From the NCBI GenBank assembly GCA_965649295.1, contig CBFGKH010000008.1, positions 77,000 to 140,999 on the forward strand: a stretch of 64,000 nt of DNA. The letters run 5' to 3'. Within the stretch, counting starts at the first letter, position 1; every line of letters starts with the position of its first letter. This document shows, piece after piece, positions 57,675-64,000 of this stretch. Both the position numbers and the translations under genes were made by a program. The stretch is from a candidate division WOR-3 bacterium. GTDB taxonomy: Bacteria > Hydrothermota > Tepidihabitantia > Tepidihabitantales > Tepidihabitantaceae. The notes below the pieces were generated by a model. It made no database searches. It saw nothing but the letters and a program-made list of their open reading frames with translations, and was not told the DNA's origin.

Positions 57675-57833
57675 TGAGCCGTTCTGGTGAACAGAGATAC
57701 TTCTTCTTAGCGGCAACGCGCAGGCACTTGCGGCAGATATACTTGGGCTGGCGGACAGCCTGGAGTATCTCTTCCCGAAGTTCGGAATGATGCGACTTCT
57801 TTGTTTTGCAGAGCGACTTCAATTCTTTTTCAT
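57658..57833 (-). CDS. Small basic Cys-rich protein; start disrupted or recoded
   Basis: KSLCK...PKYICRKCLRVAAKKKYLCSP; the RBS-preceded ATG at 57833 is out of frame (see findings). Confidence 0.6.
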
Positions 57834-57872
57834 GTCTTTCACCTCGCTTAGGCTTGCAGCCAGGCAGAGTAG

Positions 57873-59210
57873 TCAAAGTAGGGCCAGGCCCAGTGCGCTG
57901 GCAATGCTACGGGCAATAGCGGTGTTGTCCATTAGGCCGGTTGGCCGACCCGGGCCGAATGACCAAAGCGGTACATCTTCACCGGTATGGCCGTGGCTGG
58001 TCCAGCCCAGCGGCGTGTAGTAGCGCGAGTAGGTTTCGGCTAGGGCGTAGTCGAGGTCCATTCCTCTCTCAACCAGTCGCCCAATCTCGGCGAGCTCGCT
58101 ATCGGTAAGAACAACGCCCCACCACTGCCAGACCTTTTCGCGGAGGGCCGCAGGGGAGGGGTTCGAGCCGAGTTCGCGGATGATTCCGGCCGAGGTGAGT
58201 TTCATTCGGCGCAAGGGGGCGAGCAGGTCATCCTCGGTTGTAGCGTCGTATTTGACTGGGCTGGTGCTGCTGCCAAGGGAGAGGCCGCCACAGTTATGGT
58301 CAGGACAGGCTACGACCAGCGTGTGACTGTCGCGGATCGCAAAATCTACCGCCACCCCGACGGCCGAGTCAAAGGCCAAAAACTCGGATACGACATAGAT
58401 CGGGTCGTTGGCATGGGCGCCCCAGTCAATCTGGCTGCCTTCGACGAGTAAGAAGAAGCCGTCGGGATCACGGGAAAGGAGTTCGATGGCTTTGGCGGTC
58501 ATCGCGACCAAGGACGGTTCGGTGGGTGCGTGTCGCCAGCGGTCAATAGCGGGCCGGAGGTGCTCGTCGGCAAATAGTCCCCAGACCGGAGTGGTGTTGA
58601 CGCTGGTGAGTTCTTGGGCGGTGCGGACAAGCTGGTAGCCGCGGGCTTGGAGCATGGCCAGCAAGTCCAGGCTATCCTTGCGGCGGCCGCCGCGGGAGCG
58701 CGGTAGTAACTGGCTATAGCCGCCGCCGAAGGCGACGTCGAGGTCCTGTTGGACTAGTTGGCGCATAATCTCATCGGTCATGTCGCGATGAGGGACGTGG
58801 GCGGCAAACGCAGCTGGGGTAGCGTGGCTCAGCGCACAGGTGACAACGAGACCAACCGCCTTACCACTGGTGCGGGCAGCTTCGAGCAGGGTCAGGAGCG
58901 AGCGCGAATCTGGACCCGGTGTCATTGCGAGCATACCGTTGTCAGTCTTGTGGCCGGTGGCGCAGGCGGTAGCAGCAGCGGCAGAGCAGCTAATGATGGA
59001 GTTGGCAGCGTGGGTGCGCACCGCTCCGCCCAATAACGCGTCGAGCCGCAGCGCCCGGCCCAAGTACCAGCGAGCCAGGGTGGCGGTGGCGAAACCGCAG
59101 CCATCAGGAATCATCAAAATGGCACTGCGGGCGAGCGGTCGGCCAAATCCAATGGCAAAGAGGAGCAACAGACCGAGGAGGAGACCGTAATACCGTTGAG
59201 GGTGCTTCAC
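57873..59210 (-). CDS. phoA: Alkaline phosphatase
   Basis: IPDG, SCSAAAATA (catalytic Ser), HATPAAF, EGSQIDWGAH, PDH, HTGEDV; GTGA overlap with upstream stop. Confidence 0.88.
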   Translation of the reverse strand: MKHPQRYYGLLLGLLLLFAIGFGRPLARSAILMIPDGCGFATATLARWYLGRALRLDALLGGAVRTHAANSIISCSAAAATACATGHKTDNGMLAMTPGPDSRSLLTLLEAARTSGKAVGLVVTCALSHATPAAFAAHVPHRDMTDEIMRQLVQQDLDVAFGGGYSQLLPRSRGGRRKDSLDLLAMLQARGYQLVRTAQELTSVNTTPVWGLFADEHLRPAIDRWRHAPTEPSLVAMTAKAIELLSRDPDGFFLLVEGSQIDWGAHANDPIYVVSEFLAFDSAVGVAVDFAIRDSHTLVVACPDHNCGGLSLGSSTSPVKYDATTEDDLLAPLRRMKLTSAGIIRELGSNPSPAALREKVWQWWGVVLTDSELAEIGRLVERGMDLDYALAETYSRYYTPLGWTSHGHTGEDVPLWSFGPGRPTGLMDNTAIARSIASALGLALL

Positions 59211-60682
59211 GCCTTCCGGCCAGAGACAATTGGGCGGCAACCCGGCATGGCAGCCGCCGACCGCCAAGAGACGGCTGGTTTGGCCGCCAGTTGCTCGAAC
59301 TGGCCGAGCACTAGCCCGTTGTTAGGACCGAACTTGTGTTCCCATTCCAGCACGAGCTTGCGACCAAAGACTTCTTCAAACAGATAGCCTTTCTCGAATA
59401 CTCGTTGGCGCATTTCTTCGTAGAGCCCATAGACTACACAGTGGATCGTAGCGCGGCGGGCGGTCATGGTGCAGGTCAGGTCGTGCACCAAACTGCGGTG
59501 GCTGCTGTCGAGCGAATCAACAAGACTGAGGATGGCGGCCAGAATCCGCACCCGGCGCCGGTCATCGGAATCGAGTTGGGCGTAGTGTTTGTGCCGGGTG
59601 CTCGGTTCGGCCTTGCGATGATAGCGAGCGATCGAACCGATTATCAGTCGCTCTCGCCGCTTGAATGGCAGCAGGTCGGATTGCATGATCATCTTGAGGG
59701 CTTGCTTGTGATGGCCTTTGGTCCCGTTGACATAGCCGATGTCGTGAAGGAGGCCGGCGCACTGGAGCCAGAATCGTTCCTGTGGCCCAAGCCGGTGGAC
59801 CGGCTGGGTCTGATTGAAGAGGGCGATGGCCAGGCGCGTCACTTGGTGCGAATGTTCGACTTCGTAATCGCAAGCCCGGGCAAGGGCGAGCACCGCCTCA
59901 AGTCGGGTGTCGCCGCCGTTGGCGGCGGAGTCAAACGGTTGGGTGTACTCATCGGTGTTGCCCAGCAGGCGGTCAATGCTAGCGCCGCGCAGTAGCATCC
60001 GGGCATAGATTTCCGGCAGTTCGCGGCGCCGAATCTCACCTACTGTCTTGTTGACATCGTAACGGAGGCGGTGGTGGGTTACTCGAAACAGCCGTGGACT
60101 GATTTCGAGCACTGCATAGGCGGCGCGGGCATTGCCATCGTCGGGCCGACCGACACTACCGGGATTGATAAAGGTGACACCGTAGTGTTCGCGGAACGCC
60201 GGGCGATGAGAATGGCCGGAGATGATGACGTCGGCTCCGGCAATCGCTGCCAGTTCGGTGAGGCGACGTTCAGAGGTGCGCTCGTCAACATACTCTTCGG
60301 GATGGGCTGGGCTGCCGTGGGTAAGGAGGAGGCGTTTGCCCTCCAGTTCGAACCGCTCTTCCTCGGCCAGACTAGCCACCCAGTGGCGGCTACCGGCAGA
60401 AAGATGACGCCAGGCCCAGAGCACGGCCAGTTTCTTCTCATGGGTTCGTGTCTTCGGCCGCTTGCCTTCGCCAACGGCGAGCACCTTGCGGTCAAAGTTG
60501 CCGGCAATCGAGACAACGTTCTCGCGCCGCAGCCGTTTTATTACCTCGTCGGGCTGGGGGCCGTAACCGGTGAGGTCGCCAGCGCACCAGATTGCGTCAA
60601 CACCGCGGCGGTGCGCGTCGCTGAGCACAGCTTCGAGCGCAGCGAGGTTGCCATGGACATCGCTGATTAGAGCTACCTTCAC
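59207..60682 (-). CDS. YfcE-type metallophosphoesterase fused to Ppx-like HD domain
   Basis: SDVHGN, GDLTGYGP, GNFD, GHSH, NPGSVG; C-terminal LLHDIG...ARYHRK...DSLD. Confidence 0.87.
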   Translation of the reverse strand: MKVALISDVHGNLAALEAVLSDAHRRGVDAIWCAGDLTGYGPQPDEVIKRLRRENVVSIAGNFDRKVLAVGEGKRPKTRTHEKKLAVLWAWRHLSAGSRHWVASLAEEERFELEGKRLLLTHGSPAHPEEYVDERTSERRLTELAAIAGADVIISGHSHRPAFREHYGVTFINPGSVGRPDDGNARAAYAVLEISPRLFRVTHHRLRYDVNKTVGEIRRRELPEIYARMLLRGASIDRLLGNTDEYTQPFDSAANGGDTRLEAVLALARACDYEVEHSHQVTRLAIALFNQTQPVHRLGPQERFWLQCAGLLHDIGYVNGTKGHHKQALKMIMQSDLLPFKRRERLIIGSIARYHRKAEPSTRHKHYAQLDSDDRRRVRILAAILSLVDSLDSSHRSLVHDLTCTMTARRATIHCVVYGLYEEMRQRVFEKGYLFEEVFGRKLVLEWEHKFGPNNGLVLGQFEQLAAKPAVSWRSAAAMPGCRPIVSGRKA

Positions 60683-61647
60683 GGGCGGGTCCTAATCGTC
60701 TGCAGCAGTTGTTCCCAGAGGTGGGTTGACTCGTAGTTGTGCCAGGTAGCGGTGAAGGCGCGGTAGTGGGAACGGCGGAGGGCAACGACGCGACGCTGCA
60801 ACCACTTGATGCCGGGCAGTAGTCGGCCGAAGGAGCGGGCGTTACCAAAGTAGCGAATCGTACGCCGGCGTTCCTTCTCGATAAACGCCGGCAGCAGTTC
60901 GCGCCAGACATCGGCGTCGTGAAGCTCACCAAGCTGCTGCTGGATTACCTTGATGGCGTTGATGTAGTGGTCAAGGCGCTCGCCAAAGAGTGGACGAAAG
61001 AGTTCGAGCGAGTAACGTAGATGTTTGGCCGCGATGCGCATTTGATGAAGCTCCTGCACCCGGTTGGGGTCGTCAACGTAGGTGCGAAAACTGAGTAGCT
61101 CTTCAAGATGGGCGGTGATTTCTTTCTCGGCGCGGCGGAACAGGGCCGGTGAACTGGCAGTGGCGTCGGCCAGGGCTGCTAGGTGGTCGCGCAGCGAGTC
61201 GGCAATGCCCAGCGACTCAAACTCGTCGAGGCGGCGAATGACCCGTTGTTGCAGTTTTGCGCGGCGCTGGCTCAGCCGCAGGCGGAGCCGGGCGATTCCC
61301 GGCCGGTAACCGGGCTGAGTGGCGGGCGGGTTGCAGGCGGCAAGGAATTCAAGCTGGACATCGAGGTCGCGGGCGTCGCCGAGCGCCCGGGTTATGCGGC
61401 GCACCTCGCGTTGCCAGACTGGCAGTGGACGGGGCGGCAGGCATTGGGCAAAGACGCGCAGGGCGGTGCGCAAGCGACGGGAGGCAACGCGCATACGGTG
61501 CAGGTGTTCGATATCGTCACCGGCGCGAACGCCGGCGGTCTCCTTTTCAAGGGCGGCCAGCCGTTCGAGTACGGCCGCAGCGGCGTAGGCAAGCTCGGCC
61601 GGGTCGGCCAGGGCACGGTAGATTTGCCGGTCAGGTTTGCGCGGCAT
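60679..61647 (-). CDS. CHAD domain protein (polyphosphate binding)
   Basis: LHRMRVASRRLR, RDLDV, LHQMRIAAKHLRY, LGELHD. Confidence 0.92.
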   Translation of the reverse strand: MPRKPDRQIYRALADPAELAYAAAAVLERLAALEKETAGVRAGDDIEHLHRMRVASRRLRTALRVFAQCLPPRPLPVWQREVRRITRALGDARDLDVQLEFLAACNPPATQPGYRPGIARLRLRLSQRRAKLQQRVIRRLDEFESLGIADSLRDHLAALADATASSPALFRRAEKEITAHLEELLSFRTYVDDPNRVQELHQMRIAAKHLRYSLELFRPLFGERLDHYINAIKVIQQQLGELHDADVWRELLPAFIEKERRRTIRYFGNARSFGRLLPGIKWLQRRVVALRRSHYRAFTATWHNYESTHLWEQLLQTIRTRP

Positions 61648-63694
61648 AGCGGCGAATCAGTTCCTCCTGAGCGTTGTGCAGCGGTGGCGTTGGCTTGACA
61701 CGGTGGTAGCTGCCATCAGACTGGAGGACCCGGGCTTTGACGTTGTCACGCCAGAGCAGCTCGAGCAGCTCGTGCAGCTCCTGCTGGAGGGCCGGGTTCT
61801 CAATCGGAAATAGTAGTTCAATCCGGCGGTCCATATTGCGTTTCATCCAGTCAGCCGAAGACAGATAGACGGCTGGGCTTCCGCCATTACCAAACCAGTA
61901 GACGCGCGAGTGTTCCAGAAAGCGTCCGACGATGCTGCGGACTTCGATGGTTTCGCTGCGACCGGGTAATCCGGGCCGCAGGCAGCAGATGCCGCGCACC
62001 AGTAGCCGCATACTGACGCCGGCTGCGCCCGCCTCATAGAGTTTATCAATGATGCGCCGGTCGTGTAGTGAATTGAACTTGGCGAAAATGAAGCCGTTGC
62101 CGGTACGGCGCTGGTGCTCAATCTCGCGGTCAATGAGTCGGAGAAAGGCGTTGCGCAGGTCGTGGGGCGCGCAGACCAGCTTGCCCCAGCGTGGGGGCAA
62201 TGAGTAGCCGGAGATGACATTGAACACATCGGAGACATCGCGGCCAAACGTTTCGGCACAGGTCAAAAGGTGCAGGTCAGTATAAACCCGGGCGGTTGCC
62301 TCGTTGTAGTTGCCAGTGCCGAGATGGACATAACGACGGATGCCGTCTTCTTCGCGACGGATAACAAGACAGAGCTTGGCGTGAATCTTCATGCCCGGTA
62401 TGCCATAGACGACATGGCAGCCGGCCTGCTCAAGTTGTCGGGCCCAGCGGATGTTCCGTTCCTCATCAAAGCTGGCCTTAATCTCGACGAGAACGGTGAC
62501 GTGCTTGCCATTGAGGGCGGCTTGTTTTAGGGCTTGGACAAAGGCCGACTGCTCATAGGTACGATACAATGTCATCTTGATGCCGAGCACGTCTTGGTCA
62601 CTGGCGGCGCGTTCGACCAGGTCAATGACCGGCTGGAACGATTGATAGGGCACGTGGACCAGTATATCGGATTCGCGGATGCGGGCGAAAATGTCGTTGT
62701 ATTCGATCCGGCCCGGTGAAAAGGGCCGGTCCTGCAGTTCAGGTCGTTCGACAGCGGCGATGAGGCCGTAGAGAAATGAAAGGTCAATGCGGCCGTCAAT
62801 TAGCTTGACCCGGTCGGGAAGCACGCCAATGCGTTCGGTCACTCCGGCAAGGAGCTCAGCAGAAACGTTGCTTTCGATTTCCAAAGCAACCGGCTTAGCC
62901 CGAGGTCGGTTGCGGACCCGTTCCTCGACCGCCCCCAGTAGGTCTGATACTTCATCTTCGTCAATGTTCAGCTCGCTGTCACGCATCACCCGAAAGAGAA
63001 CACTCTCACGGACCGCGAAGCCGCGAAACAGGCGTTCAAGATGGAGGCGCAGGACGTCACCAAGTAGCGCAAAGCGGTATTCACCGGCAGGGGCCGGCAG
63101 CCGGAACACCCGCGACAGTGCGGTCGGCAGTGGCACTATTGCCAGCGCTGGCTCACCGTCGCGGTCGAGCCGGACCGCCAGGCTGAGGGTCTTTGAGGGG
63201 AGAATTGGGAAAGGGTGGGCTTGGTCAACGGCCATCGGTGTTACCAGTGGCAGCAGGGTTGTCTCAAAGTAGCGGCGAATCGCCTCCCGGTCGCGCTGAG
63301 TTAGTTCGTCGAGAGCGACAAGTTTGACGCGGTTACGGGCCAGTTCGGCGACAACCTGCCGAAAGGCGTCTTGATGGCGCAGGCGCAACTGGCCAACAAT
63401 CGTCTCGATTCCCCGATAAACTTCTTGGGGGGTATAGCCGAAGCTGTCGGGAACCGCCTCACCTTCGTCAATGACGGCGAGTAGCGCCGCGACGCGTTTC
63501 ATATAGAACTCGTCGAGATTGGAGGCGAAGATGGCAACGAACTTGGCTCGCTCGAGCAGCGGGTTACTACGGTCTTCCGCCTCTTCGAGGACGCGTTCGT
63601 TGAAGGCAAGCCAGCTCCATTCGCGGTTGAAATAGGGCAGCTTGTAGACTTGGTGTGCTTCACAATCAGCAGTTTTCGACAATGTGTGCTTCAC
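61631..63694 (-). CDS. ppk1: Polyphosphate kinase 1
   Basis: NREWSWLAFNERVL, SNLDEFYM, IKMTLYR, KIHAK, GTGNYN, GRFLEHSR, SADWMKRN. Start is GTG 63694 or TTG 63682. Confidence 0.97.
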   Translation of the reverse strand: MKHTLSKTADCEAHQVYKLPYFNREWSWLAFNERVLEEAEDRSNPLLERAKFVAIFASNLDEFYMKRVAALLAVIDEGEAVPDSFGYTPQEVYRGIETIVGQLRLRHQDAFRQVVAELARNRVKLVALDELTQRDREAIRRYFETTLLPLVTPMAVDQAHPFPILPSKTLSLAVRLDRDGEPALAIVPLPTALSRVFRLPAPAGEYRFALLGDVLRLHLERLFRGFAVRESVLFRVMRDSELNIDEDEVSDLLGAVEERVRNRPRAKPVALEIESNVSAELLAGVTERIGVLPDRVKLIDGRIDLSFLYGLIAAVERPELQDRPFSPGRIEYNDIFARIRESDILVHVPYQSFQPVIDLVERAASDQDVLGIKMTLYRTYEQSAFVQALKQAALNGKHVTVLVEIKASFDEERNIRWARQLEQAGCHVVYGIPGMKIHAKLCLVIRREEDGIRRYVHLGTGNYNEATARVYTDLHLLTCAETFGRDVSDVFNVISGYSLPPRWGKLVCAPHDLRNAFLRLIDREIEHQRRTGNGFIFAKFNSLHDRRIIDKLYEAGAAGVSMRLLVRGICCLRPGLPGRSETIEVRSIVGRFLEHSRVYWFGNGGSPAVYLSSADWMKRNMDRRIELLFPIENPALQQELHELLELLWRDNVKARVLQSDGSYHRVKPTPPLHNAQEELIRRYAAQT

Positions 63695-63745
63695 AATCAG
63701 CAGTTTTCGACAATGTGTGCTTCACAATCAGCAGTTTTCGACAAT
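63653..63745. repeat. Perfect tandem repeat, 3 x 31 bp
   Basis: GTGTGCTTCACAATCAGCAGTTTTCGACAAT at 63653, 63684 and 63715, with no spacers. Confidence 0.95.
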
Positions 63746-64000
63746 CAATCGGATATCAGCACCGGCAATCTCACAGAAGAGGTCCTTCTTCTCTTCAAAG
63801 GCGAGGCGCTCAAGCAGTGGCTCGGCAAGGACTCGTACTCGGACCTCGGCGGTTCCGTCAGCTAGGGTTCGGGCCTGAAGAGTCTGGACGCGGCCGGTTT
63901 GGGAGCGGTCGAGCGCGTCAGCGAGGCGGAGTAGGGCCGCCAGCTTCTGGACTCGTGCCCGGGCCGGGGTTGAGAGCGATGCGTAGAGCGGGTGGGTTGG
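63728..64000 (-). CDS. ppx: C-terminus of Ppx/GppA-type exopolyphosphatase (5' end outside window)
   Basis: Manual translation ...KLAALLRLADALDRS...FEEKKDLFCEIAGADIRLIVENC*; directly upstream of ppk1. Confidence 0.7.
   Translation of the reverse strand, partial: PTHPLYASLSTPARARVQKLAALLRLADALDRSQTGRVQTLQARTLADGTAEVRVRVLAEPLLERLAFEEKKDLFCEIAGADIRLIVENC

Noticed and set aside
63653..63745. CRISPR array
   Set aside because: The 31-bp units are directly adjacent with no spacers, and there are no cas genes in the window.

Overview
GC-rich bacterial chromosomal window containing the probable replication origin: dnaA with flanking DnaA-box clusters, plus two parS sites embedded in hypF. Several secreted proteins with T9SS/FlgD-type C-terminal domains suggest an FCB-related anaerobe such as candidate division WOR-3 (inference only). 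Ordinary content includes a moxR-DUF58-bat operon, a Met/Thr cluster, P5C dehydrogenase, mgtE, peroxiredoxin, msrA and a polyphosphate operon (ppx-ppk1-CHAD-phosphoesterase/HD-alkaline phosphatase). The best candidate for an undescribed system is at about 29.4-36.6 kb. It has two nucleotide-sugar enzyme homologues that have lost their catalytic residues, a membrane sensor with a degenerate histidine-kinase module, an atypical-receiver sigma54 activator with intact GAFTGA, and directly downstream an enhancer palindrome and sigma54 promoter driving a ~190-nt structured non-coding RNA. Other notable items: two related 12-bp-periodic degenerate tracts (one beside an XRE regulator), a structured 185-nt leader before pruA and a divergent ArcE-like gene, a four-helix-bundle gene with mutually complementary repeat flanks, frequent apparently leaderless genes, a hypF lacking a canonical start codon, and a 3x31-bp tandem repeat at the ppx/ppk1 junction. 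No rRNA, tRNA, CRISPR array or transposase was recognised. All family assignments are from motif recognition, not database searches.
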